Notes under the pieces: generated by a model | What the model saw: the letters and a program-made list of their open reading frames with translations, nothing else | What the model was told of the DNA's origin: nothing | Database searches by the model: none | In this document: positions 50,288 to 62,177 of the stretch, piece by piece | How positions within the stretch are numbered: position 1 is the first letter of the stretch | Layout of the letters: each line of letters starts with the position of its first letter | Assembly: GCF_020745735.1 (NCBI RefSeq) | Contig: NC_083404.1 | Coordinates: 37,199,731 to 37,263,730, forward strand | DNA: 64,000 nt | Reading direction: 5' to 3' | DNA from: Hemiscyllium ocellatum | Lineage: Eukaryota | Position numbers and translations under genes: made by a program

Positions 50288-53200
50288 TAGTCATTGGGGA
50301 CTCAATAGTTAGAGGCTCAGATAGAAGGTTTGTTGGGAGTGAACGAGACTCGCGGTTGGTGTGTTGCCTCGCAGGTACCAAGGTCTGTGATGTCTCGGAT
50401 CGTATCTTTGGGGTCCTGAAGGGAGGGGGTGACCAGCCTCAAGTTGTTGTCCATGTAGGTACCAACGACATAGGTAGAAAGAGGGATAGGGATGTAAGGC
50501 AGGGAGCTAGGGCGGAAGCTGAGAGCTCGAACAAACAGAGTTGTTATCTCTGGTTTGTCACCCGTGCCACGTGATCACGAGGCAAGGAATAAGGAGAGAT
50601 ATCAGCTGAACACGTGGCTGCAAGGATGGTGCAGGAGGGAGGGTTTCAGGTTTTTGGATAATAGGGCTCATTCTGGGGAAGGTGGGACTTGTACAAACAG
50701 GACGGTCTTCACTTGAACTAATATCCTGCCTGGGAAATTTGCTGGTGCTATTCAGGTGGGTTTAAACTAGCTCAGCAGGGGGATGGGAACTGGAGGTGTA
50801 GTTGCAGTGCACAGGAGGATGAGAGAAGGAAGGACAGGGATAGGATTTCAGGGTTACAGGAATGTGGTGGCAGACAGCAAACTGGTTGAAGTGTGTCTAC
50901 TTCAATGCCAGAAGTATCCGAAATAAGGTAGATGAGTTTGCAGCATGGATAGGTACCTGGGACTTCGATGTTGTGGCCATTTCGGAGACATGGATCGAGC
51001 AGGATGAGGAATGGATGTTGCAGGTTGCAGGGTTTAGATATTTCATTAAGAACAGGCAAGGCCGTAAAAGAAGAGGAGGTATGGCCTTGTTAGTCAAGGA
51101 TAGCATTACAGTGGCTGAGAGAACTTTAGATGAGGAATCATCTACTAAGGTAGTGGGGGCTGAGGTTAGAAACAGGACAGGAGAGGTCACATTGCTTGGA
51201 GTTTTTTATAGGCTTCCGCAGAGTTCCAGGGAGGTGAAAGAGAGAATTAGCAAAAGTATTCTGGGTAGGAGTGAAAGGAACAGGGTGGTCATTATGGGGG
51301 AACTTTAACTTCTCCAACGTCGACTGGAAATGCTATAACTCTAGTATGTTGGATGGATCAGTTTTTGTCCAATGTGTACAGGAGGGTTTCCTAACACAGT
51401 ATGTCGAAGGTCCGACAAGAAGGGAGGCCACATTGGACATGGTGCTTGGTAATGGACCAGGCCAAGTGTTTGATTTAGCTGTAAGTAAACACTTTGGAGA
51501 GAGTGACCATAATTCAGTTACGTTTAGTTTAGCAATGGAAAGGGATAGGTACATGCCACAGGTCAAGAGTTATCAATGGGGCAAGGTCAATTATAATGCG
51601 ATTAGGCAAGAATTGGGATGCATAGAATGGGGTAGCAAAATGCAGGGGATGCAGACAATGGAAATGTGGAGCTGGTTTAAGGAACAGATATTGCATGTCC
51701 TTGATAGGTATGTCCCTGTTAGGCAGGGAGGAAGTGATAAGGTAAGGGAACTGGGGTTTACCACAGAAACTGCATCTCTTGCTAAGAAGAAGAAGGAGGA
51801 TTATGAGTTGATGAGGCAAGATGGTTCAGATGAGGCGATGGAGAGTTACAGATCAGCTAGGAAACATTTAAAGAGAGCATTAAGAAGAGCAAACAGAGGA
51901 CACGAGCAGTCTTTAACAAATAGAATAAAGAAGAACCCTAAAGCTTTCTATAGGTATGTGAGGAATAAAAAGATGATTAGGGTAGGAATAGGGCCAGTCA
52001 AAGACAGAAGTAGGAAGTTGAGCGTGGACCCTATGGAGATCAGAGAGATGCTAAATGAATATTTCTCATTGGTTTTCACTCAGGAAAAGGAGAATATTGT
52101 AGTGGAGAATAATGAGATATGAGATATTAGGCTAGAAAGGATTGAGGTTAATTACAAAAAGGTGTTATCAATTCTAGAAGGATTGAAAGTAGACAAATCC
52201 CCTGGGCCAGATGGGATTTATCCATGGATCCTCTGGGAAGCTAGGGAGGAGATAGCAGAGCCCTTGGCTTTGATATTTGAGTCATCATTGTCTACAGGTT
52301 TACTACCAGAGGAATGGAGGATTGGAAATGTTGTGCCCTTATTCAAGAAGGACAGTAGAGATGACCCAAGTTATTATAAACCGGTGAGCCTTACTTATAG
52401 ACAATAGACAATAGGTGCAGGAGTAGGTCATTTTGCCCTTCGAGCTAGCACCACCATTCATTATGATCATGGCTGATCATCCTCAATCAGTATCCTGTTC
52501 CTGCCTTATCCCCATAACCCTTGATTCCACTATCCTTAAGAGCTCTATCCAACTCTTTCTTGAAAGTATCCTGAGACTTGGCCTCCACAGCCTTCTGAGG
52601 CAGAGCATTCCATACACCCACCACTCTCTGGGTGAAGACGTTTCTCCTCAACTCTGTTCTAAGTGGCCCACCCCTTATTTTTAAACTGTGTCCTCTGCTT
52701 CGGGACTCACCCATCAGCAGAAACATGCTTCCTGCCTCCAGAGTATGCAATCCTTTAATAATCTTATATGTCTCAATCAGATCCCCTCTCAGCCTTCTAA
52801 ACTCAAGCATATACAAGCCAACTCGCTTCAATCTTTCAGCGTAAGATAGTCCTGCAATTCCGGGAATTGACCTAGTGAACCTTCGCTGCACTGCATCAAT
52901 AGCCAGAATGTCTTTCCTCAAATTTAGAGACCAAAACTGCGCACAATATTCCAGGCACGGTCTCACCATGGCCCTGTTCAGCTGCAGAAGGACTTCTTTG
53001 CTTCTACACTCAATTCCTCTTACTATGAAGGCCAGCATGCTATTAGCTTTCTTCACTGCCCGCTGTACCTGCATGCTTGCTTTCATTGACTAATGTACAA
53101 GAACACCTAGATCTCATTGTACTGCCCTTTTACCTAACTTGACTCAATTTAGGTAGTAATTTGCCTTCCTGTTCTTGCCACCAAAGTGGATAGCCACATA

Positions 53201-56200
53201 TTTATCCACATTAAGCTGCATCTGCCATGCATCTGTCCACTCACCTAACCTGTCCAGGTCACCCTGTAGTATCCTAACATCCTCCTCACATTTCACCCTG
53301 CCACCCAGCTTTGTATCATCAGCAAATTTGCTAATATTACTTTTAATAACTTCATCTATATCATTAATGTCCATTGCAAAAAGCTGCAGTCCAAGCACTG
53401 ATCCCTGTGGCACACCACTGGTCACCACCTGCCATTCTGAAAGGGAACTGTTTATCACTACTCTTTGTTTCCTGTCAGCCAATCAATTTTCAATCTATGT
53501 CAATATTTTGCCTCTAATACCTAATCTTGCTCACTAACCTCCCACGTGGGACTTTATCAAAGGCTTTCTGAAAGTCCAAGTATTCTATATCCACTGGATC
53601 TCCCTTGTCCATCTTCAGAGTTACATCCTCAAAAAGTTCCAGAAGAGTAGTCAAGCATGACTTCCCCTTCATAAATCCATGCTGACTCTGACTTATTCTA
53701 TTACTGTTATCCAGATGTGTCGTAATTTTATCCTTTATAGTTGACTCCAGCATTTTTCCCACCACTGAGGTCAGACTAACTGGTCTATAATTCTCTGTTT
53801 TCTCTATCCCTCCTTTCTTAAAAAGTGGGACAACATTAGCCACCCTCCAATCTGCAAAACTGATCCTGAATCTGTAGAACATTGGAAAATGATCACCAAT
53901 GAATCCACGATTTCTAGAGCCACATCCTTCAGTACCAGGGACTTATCAGCCTTCAGACCTAACAGTCTCTCCAACGCCATTTCCTGCCTAATATAAATTC
54001 CCTTCAGTTCAGGTCCTTCAGCCACTATTATATCTGGGAGATTGCTCATGTCTTCCCCATTGAAGAGAGATCTAAAGTACCAATTCAACTCTTCTGCCAT
54101 TTCTTTGTTCCCTGTAATAAATTTGCCTGTTTCTGTCTTCAAGGGCCCAATTTTAGTCTTAACCATTTTTTTTCTTTTCACATACCTAAAAAAGCCTTTA
54201 CCATCCTTCTTTATATTTTTGGCCAGTTTCCCTTTGTACCTTATTTTTTCTTTGCATATTTCCTTTTTTGTAATCCTCTGTTGTTTTTTAAAAGTTTGCC
54301 CGTCCTCCGATTTCCCACTCATCTTTGCTATGATATACTTTTTCCCTTTTGTCTTTATATGGTCCTTAACTTCCCTCGTCAGCCACGGCCTGCCTCCCTT
54401 TAGGATCTTTCTTCCTTTTTGGAATGAACTGATCCTGCATCTTCTGCATTATACCCAGAAATACCTGCCATTGTTGTTCCACTGCCATCCCTGCTAGGGA
54501 ATTGCACCATTGAACATTGGCAGCTCCTCCCTCATAGCTCCATAGTTCCCCTTATTCAACTGAAACATTGTCACTTCTGATTCTACCCTCTCCCTTTCAA
54601 ACTGCAGATTAAAGCTTGTTGTATTGTGGTCACTACCTCCTAATGGCTCCTTTACTTCAAGGTCCCTGATCAAATCCGGTTCGTTGCACAACACCAGATA
54701 TTGCTTTCTCCCTGGTAGGCTCCAGCACAAGCTGTTTTAAGAATCCATCTTGGAGGCATTCCACAAATTCCCTTTCTTGGGGTCCAGTACCATCCTGATT
54801 CTCCCAGACTATCTGCGTGTTGAAATCCCCATAACAACTGTAGTAATATCTTTACGACAGGCCAATTTCAGCTCCTTATTCTGACTCTACATCCCCTGAT
54901 TCTAGGTCCCCCCACGGAAGGGACTGAATATCATTCCTTACCAACAGGGCCACCCCACCCCCTCTGCCAGTCAGTCTGTCCTTACAATAGCACCTATAGC
55001 CTTGAATATTCATTTCCCAAGCCCTGTCCATTTGAAGCCATGTCTCAGTCATCCCCACAACATCGTAACTGCCAATTTCAAGCTCATCCACATTATTTCT
55101 AATGCTTCATGCATTCATATAGAATATTTTAAATTTGTAACTCCCCTCACCCTTCCTATCAATCCCTTCTGTTGTAGGAAAGGTTTTGGAAAGAATTATA
55201 AGAGATAAAATTTATAATCATCTAGCAAGCAACAATTTGATTTCAGATAGTCAACATGGTTTGTCAAGGGCAGGTCATGTCTCACAAACCTCATTGTGTT
55301 TTTTGAGAAGGTGACCAAGCATGTAAATGAGGTTAGGGCAGTTGATGTGGTATACATGGACTTCAGTAAAGCCTTTGATAAGGTTCCACGTGGTAGGCTG
55401 TTGGAGAAAGTGCAGAGGCATGGAATTGAGGGTGATTTAGCCATTTGGATTAGAAACTGACTTTCTGAAAGAAGTCAGCAAGTGGTGGTTGATGGAAAAT
55501 ATTCAGCCTGGAGTCCGGTTACTAGTGGTGTGCCACAAGGATCTGTTTTGGGACTACTATTGCTTGTCATTTTTATAAATAACTTAGACACAGGCATAAG
55601 TGGATGAATTAGTAAATTTGCAGATGACACTAAAGTCGGTGGAGTAGTGGACAGTTTGGAAGACTGTTACAGATTGCACGGGGACTTGGGTAAACTGCAG
55701 AATTGGGCTGGGGGTGGCAAATTGAGTTCAATGCAGCTAAATGTGAGGAGATACACTTTGGGAAGAATAACAGGAAGGCAGAGTACTGGGTTAACAGAAA
55801 GATTCTTGGTGGTGTGGATGTGCAGAGGGATCTTGGAGTCCATGTACATAGATCCCTGTAAGTTGCCACCCAGGTGTTTAGTGCTGTTAAGAAGGCATAT
55901 GGTGTGTTAGGTTCATTTGTAGAGGGACTTCCAGAGCCACAATATCATGCTGCAACTATACAAAACGCTGGTGTGGCCACACTTGGAATATTGTGTACAG
56001 TTCTGGTCCCCATATTTCGGGAAGGATGTGGAAGCATTGGAAAAGGTGCAGAGGAGATTTACCAGGATGTTGCCTGGTCTGCAGGGAAGGCCTTATGAGG
56101 AAAGTCTGAACCTGTTCTCATTGGTGAGAAGAAGGCTAAGAGGGAATTTGATAGAAATATACAAGATGATCAGAGGATTAGATAGAGGAGACAGTGAAAG

Positions 56201-56480
56201 TCTTTTTTGTAGGATGATGATGTCAGCTCGTACGAGAGGGCATAACTACAAATTGAGGGGCGATAGATTTAAGACAGATGTCAGAAGCAGGTTCTTTATG
56301 CAGAGAGTGATAAGTGCATGGAATGCCCTACCTGCTAATGTAGTCAACTCAGCCACTTTCGGGAGATCTAAACAATCCTTAAATAAGCACATGGATGATT
56401 TTGGGATAGTGTAGGGGGGCCAGCTGAGAATAATTCACAGGTCAGCGCAACATCGAGGGCTGAAGGGCCTGTTCTGCGCT
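50288..56480 (+). mobile_element. Long CR1 (GDSL/SGNH esterase ORF1 part, APE, RT) nested in L1
   Basis: VIGDSIVRG and VVHVGTNDIG; YFNARSIRNK, AISETW; RT resumes at about 55168. Confidence 0.9.
52397..55167 (-). mobile_element. Second CR1 subfamily nested in the long CR1
   Basis: Splits the VSLT|SVVGK codons of the host; (CTATTGT)n tail at about 52397; ORFs 52487-55091. Confidence 0.9.
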
Positions 56481-56490
56481 GTATTTTTTT

Positions 56491-56800
56491 TAGATTAGAT
56501 TACTTACAGTGTGGAAACAGGCCCTTCGGCCCAACAAGTCCACACCGACCCGCCGAAGCGCAACCCACCCATACCCCTACATTTACCCCTTACCTAACAC
56601 TATGGGCAATTTAGCATGGCCAATTCACCTGACCCACACATCTTTGGACTGTGGGAGGAAACCGGAGCACCCGGAGGAAACCCACGCAGACACGGGGAGA
56701 ACGTGCAAACTCCACACAGTCAGTCGCCTGAGGCGGGAATTGAACCCGGGTCTCTGGTGCTGTGAGGCAGCAGTGCTAAGCACTGTGCCACCGTGCCACC
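56491..56800 (-). mobile_element. HE1/V-SINE-like SINE at the CR1/L1 junction
   Basis: Full copy. Confidence 0.92.
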
Positions 56801-57759
56801 GACTGAAATTAATATGGATCCAGTCATTCTTCTTTTGGGGCTGCCAAACTTCCCCTCTCTGGGGAACATGGGAAGAGACTGTATAATATCCTGGCCCATT
56901 GCGCGAGGAAGAACATCTTACTCAATCAGAAAAACCACCAGGTCTTATGGGATGGTGTAAGATGGTGAAGGAGGATCTCCCCCCAGATTACTTCACAAAT
57001 ATGGTGCACCACAAAACGGAACAATTTTATAGGATGTGGTGGTCCTTTTTAAAATATATTGAAACTGACTTGTCAGCAATATTAATCAGGGCCATGGTAT
57101 AGCCGTGGGAATCTTTATGGGTGCCTGTGGGGCCACAGAAGGAGGAGATTGGAAAGAAAAGAATATGGGTACTGTAGGGGATACTCCTAGGGTTGGGAGC
57201 CTCAGTGGAGGTGTGATGGAATAAAGTAGTAAGACATTATCTAATTTAAGTAACTTGAATGTAATTTAAGCTAGTATTTATTCAATAAGTTTGTAGTTTA
57301 GTTTTAGTTAAGTAGATAGGTTTGTTTTGGTAGAATAGTGGGTTGTTTAGTAACAAAAGTACAATGTTATGGCCTTGTTCTTTATAGTTTTGCTTTTTCT
57401 GTTTGGATGATTGTTTTTCTTTATATATAAATGTTTTGTGAAAGATTTTAAAAAGCTTTTCAATAAAAATATTTATTGAAAAAACTTTTCTGCTTCAACG
57501 CTCCCGACAGCAAGTTAGTGTTTCAGGACATCATCTGAAAATAGTAGCAGATATGACTTCATAATCGGGAGAGCCGCCAGGTGATATTAACACTGGCAGC
57601 TATTTTAACCTCCTGCCTTGTCCATCCGGAGAGCCAGTTATCGGGGTCTTTTGAAGTTACAATTTGCAGCAAATTCGCTAAACGTGATATTTTGGATCGG
57701 AAAAAAATGTTAGCCTCTATCGTTCTGTCAGTTCTGCTTCTTTGGAAAAGCTTTCTAAT

Positions 57760-58095
57760 CAAGGACTGCAGATGCTGGAACCCAGAGTCTAGATTAGAGT
57801 GATTCCTGAAGAAGGGCTTATGCCCGAAACGTCGATTTTCCTGCTCCTCGGATGCTGCCTGGCATTCTGTGTTTTTTCCAGCACATTTTTTCAACTCTGG
57901 TCTCCAGCATCTGCAGTCCTCACTTTCTCCTCTAGATTAGAGTGGCGCTGGAAAAGCACAGCAGGTCAGGCAGCATCCGAGGAGCAGGAAAATCGACATT
58001 TCAGGCAAAAGCCCTTCATCAGGAATACAGCGATTTTTCTGCTTCTCCATGCTGCCTGACCTGCTGTGCTTTTCCAACATCACTCTAATCTAGAA
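57760..58095. mobile_element. Cluster of PLE terminal-repeat inverted remnants, including a hammerhead-like core at 57806-57833
   Basis: Repeated CTAGATTAGAGTG termini; both orientations present. Confidence 0.75.
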
Positions 58096-58109
58096 CATGG
58101 AGTTTAATA

Positions 58110-58272
58110 GGAGAAAGTGAGGTCTGCAGATGCTGGAGATCAGAGCTGAAAATGTGTTGCTAGAAAATGTGTTGCTAGGAGTCCTGAAGAAGGGCTTATG
58201 CCCGAAACGTCGAATCTCCTGTTCCTTGGATGCTGCCTGACCTGCTGCGCTTTTCCAGCAACACATTTTTAG
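58110..58272. mobile_element. Short PLE-derived insertion with 14-bp TSD and hammerhead core (58184-58211)
   Basis: TSD CATGGAGTTTAATA at 58096-58109 and 58273-58286. Confidence 0.88.
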
Positions 58273-59382
58273 CATGGAGTTTAATACTCTTATCCTGCCT
58301 TCCCTACCACCCTCTTCCTCCCCCATCCCAACTTACTTTGTTCCCTTTCACATCAAGAGCTATATCTACTTCCTTCTTGAAAACATTCAATATTTGTGGC
58401 CTGAAACATTTTCTGTAGTAATGATTTTCATCTCTCTGGGCTGAAGATACTTCTCCACATCTCAGTCCTAAAAGGCCCTTACCTGATTCCTTAAACTGGG
58501 ACTCCTGGTCCTGGATTCTTCCGCCACCGGGAGCATCTTTCCTGCATGGAACCAGTCTAGTGGTGTTAGAATTATATTGGTTTCTATGAGATTTCTAGTC
58601 GTTCTCCTAACTTCCACTCAATACAATCCTAACCGACTCAACCTCTGGTGATAAGTCAGCCTTGCTATGCCAGGAGTCTATGTGGTAAACCTTCACTGCA
58701 CATTCCTCAAATAAGAAGACCAAAACTGCGCACAATATTCCAAGTGCGTCCTCACCAATGTCCTGTATAATTTCAAATCGTTACCTAGTTTGCTTTCGGA
58801 ACTGACTCCAGGATTTGTTTCCACCATCTTTTCAGGCAGAACTGTCCCAAATCACAACTAACTCCAAGTAAAACAGAAGCATGGTTTTGTACAGTATCTC
58901 CGTTTACTCAGCTCAGGACGCCGTCTGTGAAGTAACGCGAAGTTACATGTTGGCGTGTCCTTTATTGCTGCAGTGGGGCCAGAGCTAAATAACACCCAGG
59001 CTTCCCTGATCCAGCCCCGTCCACCAGCGACATTGGGCGGGTTGACACTGCCCACACTCTGACTAAAGAAACATTTCCGCAAAGAAATAACTCCACCCTC
59101 CCGCACAGGGAGAACATCACCGCAACATCGGCAGCGCGCATCCTGCTCTCCCCAAAGCCGAGAACTCCACAGTGAGTCGGCTCTCAGTACTTTCCCTCTA
59201 AGATCTGAAGAGGTAAGTTGATCAACACGGCTGAGACTTGGCTGGCGTCACATCACTCGCCAATTCACGGATTCCGGCGGAAAAGGCTCAGACCCAGCTC
59301 CAGCTGTGGTGTTGCTGCTACTTCACCCAACTAGGGGAGGGGTGTGTGGGTTTCTCTGATAGCTTAGCTTCGAATGGTTCAG

Positions 59383-59421
59383 TGTTTTTGTACAAACATT
59401 GCATTGATGCCTCGCAGTGTG
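59383..59421 (-). promoter_or_regulatory. 23-RSS of V-D
   Basis: CACACTG, 23-nt spacer, ACAAAAACA. Confidence 0.9.
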
Positions 59422-59862
59422 TATATATCCAGCAGGCACAGTAATAGGTGGCCGTGTCCTCTTCCTGTAATTTTTCGATTCTGAGGGAGAATTCGTTATT
59501 TTTAGATTTCTCAGCTTTGAACCGATCACCAAATCCCGGATCCCAGGTTGTGCCTGATCCATAATAAAGGATTCGGGTGGGTGCCTGACCGGGTTTTTGC
59601 TGGTACCAGTGAAGGGGATCGCTGCTACTGATAGTTAATCCTTCGACTTCGCATTTGAATCGAACGGTTTTACCCACATTTCTGGTCGTGGATGGGACAG
59701 TCTGTTTCAATGTTTGTGCAAAATATCCGCCTAAGGAAAGAATATACAGGGTTACAAATAACCGCTTGGTGGTTGCAAATGAACAACGATATCTGAATAA
59801 TAGCGTCAGAAACACATACAGGGCAATGCGGTTACCACAATGAGCCAGTAATACAGCGACAT
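59422..59862 (-). CDS. TRGV: V gene segment D. Leader 59820-59862 MSLYYWLIVVTALP(C), V exon 59422-59730 GYFAQTLKQ...FKC...LHWYQQKPGQAP...DTATYYCACWIY
   Basis: Intact spliced ORF with 89-nt intron; canonical V residues. Confidence 0.95.
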
Positions 59863-61173
59863 GTTCACACGGTCTTCAACTGTTCTCTCAAGCAGCTGGA
59901 TAGAAACTAAAAAGAAATGAATCGTTTCTTTCAAACCAATCAGTGAGACATTGGTCAGGGTTGAACTCCTCCCCCTGCCCTCCAAGTCGGTTATTTGCAA
60001 TATAAACAGAAAATGTTGGAAATACTCCAGCAGCAGCTGTGGAGAGAGAAACCGAGCTAACGTTTCAGAAACCTGAGCTGGAAAACGCTGAGATGTCGAC
60101 AGGGTTTTTAACCCAGAGAGAAGGCAGGGAAATAGGGAAGGGGGAGGTATCAACCAAAGGGAAATCTGTGACCGGGTGGAGGATGGGAGAGTTAGATATC
60201 TCAAGGGATAGCGGTGCAAGGGAAACAGTGATAGTAATGGGAAGTGAACAGAAACAAGAGGTGGTCCAGAGAACGTGGAAACAGCAACAGCAGAATCATG
60301 AAGTTTAATTTGATCCTGAACTTCTGAAAATTGTAGGGGGTGGGAACTCCACTCCTCGGCGCTTTCTGAAATCATCCCTGAGTGACCCCGGCAATAATTT
60401 TAACATTTTGTCCAATGTTTCTGTACTCTTTCCCCACCAAATAACTTTATTGCTCCTTATCTACGCACTCCCAAATCTTTCTCATTTCAAATAGCTCAAA
60501 TAAACCAGTTCTTAATCAAGGGAATGCAAACCAAAATTATTGAATTTGTCATCACAGTTTAACATTTTAACTTGTGAATGGATGGGTCATTGCCAAAATG
60601 TTTTTTTTTGCTTTTGTGGTAGATTATGATACGAAATAATATCAGGAGCCTTCCGGTACAGATCAACGATCCTTCATTGAGCTAACATTGGGCGAGTCGT
60701 CCACAGCGAAAAAAAATCCGAGGTTACGCTCCAACTCAACTAGGATTCAACAGACATTTATACGTCGTCTGTCACGTGGACAGTGCTTGACCCAAATTCA
60801 GAAATTGCCTGTTTTAGCCAAGCACATTTTTTTTTACAAATTGGAAAGGTGGCAACACCACCTCTGCACCACTCCCGATCTTCCGAGGTGCCAACCCAAC
60901 TCCTCTCCGAAGCATGTGCTTCATTCCCATCCTTGGCTAAATTCAATGACGTCCTTCTTCCTGTGGTTCCGGGTCATCCTCATATTCCGTTTCCGAATAA
61001 GGCCCCCGGGTTAAGGCTGGTTCAGCCACTTCGCAATTTCACAGAATCTGTGCTGCCTCTGAGCGTGTTTATGCAGTTTAACACACCGCTCTTTTAGCTT
61101 GAGTAAGAATATACGAAAATTGATCTTAAGTGATTTCATGAAATTTAATAAAACATTCTATCTAATTCAAATC

Positions 61174-61839
61174 TGTGAGATATAGGAAATTTATGTTTCT
61201 TCTGCAATTCTAAAATTCTTTATATAAAAAATAAGTGAACTCCATCAGTGCGTAATTGTTTCAGCCAGGAGCTGAGTCAACAAGAATGTGAACTCTGTGG
61301 AGGAAATGCTAATTGGTTTGCTAAGAATGTAACAAATGGTAACCTTAGTTAGAAGGGCTTCGTGATAAGATGCTGTGAAAACAGACAGTTAAACTCAATA
61401 TGCCTGTATAAACATCTGTTTCCCACTTTTACAGAAACACAGGAACAAAACACAATTAAACGAGTCTTAATGGCAGGATGCTGAGAGGAAGGCACCAATG
61501 GAAGGAGTAAATAATGGTTAGGGAAGCAGGGTAAGGGCAAACAGCCCTGAGAATAGGAATGAGCATGTTTTTCACAGACAAGACCGGATAAGACACGAGA
61601 TAAGCAGGAGGGTCTTAGGGAAGTGGAGGATGTAAACGGTGTGGTGGGGAGACAATGAAATAAGAAACAAACATATAGGAACCAAATTGTATAAATATCG
61701 AGTGCTTGTTGAATTCGGTGTGTTTTGTCCCTGCCTTGTGGACATCACACCCACTTGCAAGTGTGAAATAAAGAGCTCTGCTGATTCAGATCTTGTCTCG
61801 GACTGAAATTATTGCAGTGAGTGAACTTTGTTTCTCACA
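61174..61839 (+). mobile_element. Solo LTR (666 bp), Gypsy/Ty3-like
   Basis: Termini TGTGAGA...TCTCACA; 4-bp TSD AATC at 61170-61173 and 61840-61843; TATAAAT near 61690 and AATAAA near 61767. Confidence 0.9.
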
Positions 61840-61886
61840 AATCCAACTCGGCACTTAACAACGATTAAAGGCTAACTCAGATCATA

Positions 61887-61951
61887 GGAGAAAGTGAGGA
61901 CTGCAGATGCTGGAGATCAGAGCGGAAAATGTGTTTCCAGCAACACATCTT
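61887..61951. mobile_element. Very short PLE-derived insertion with 14-bp TSD
   Basis: TAACTCA(G/T)ATCATA at 61873-61886 and 61952-61965. Confidence 0.82.
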
Positions 61952-62138
61952 TAACTCATATCATACCCAAAATGGCCCCTCACAATTAAAAAATTAGAGC
62001 CCGCCTCAAATACACATCCGCCGACACACACCTAGCCTTGTATTAAATTTCCTTTTATGATGTGTCGACGTTAGTGGCGCTTTATAAATGTAAGTTGTTA
62101 TTTTTATGCTAGCTGCGTGAGGAGCGAGCTGAGAGACG

Positions 62139-62177
62139 CGTTTTTGTCAAGCATTTCTGTCTCTGTTGAACACTGTG
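62139..62177 (-). promoter_or_regulatory. 23-RSS of V-E
   Basis: CACAGTG, 23-nt spacer, ACAAAAACG. Confidence 0.95.

Larger units (their letters stand above)
45102..57482 (+). mobile_element. TSD-bounded L1-clade LINE (ORF1 + APE/RT ORF2, decayed) with about 6.8 kb of nested insertions
   Basis: 5' GGGGGATCCAAGATGGC; ORF1-like NLEN.NRSKTLRILGLPE; ORF2 fragments 46640-50288 and 56801-57100; AATAAA + A-tail near 57462-57482; 14-bp TSD AACTTTTCTGCTTC at 45088-45101 and 57483-57496. Confidence 0.92.

Noticed and set aside
3513-56414. Many RT, endonuclease and esterase ORFs as host genes
   Set aside because: All are frameshifted fragments of CR1, L1, Tx1, Rex1 or Penelope elements
59168-59174. 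Isolated CACAGTG downstream of V-D
   Set aside because: No nonamer at either spacing
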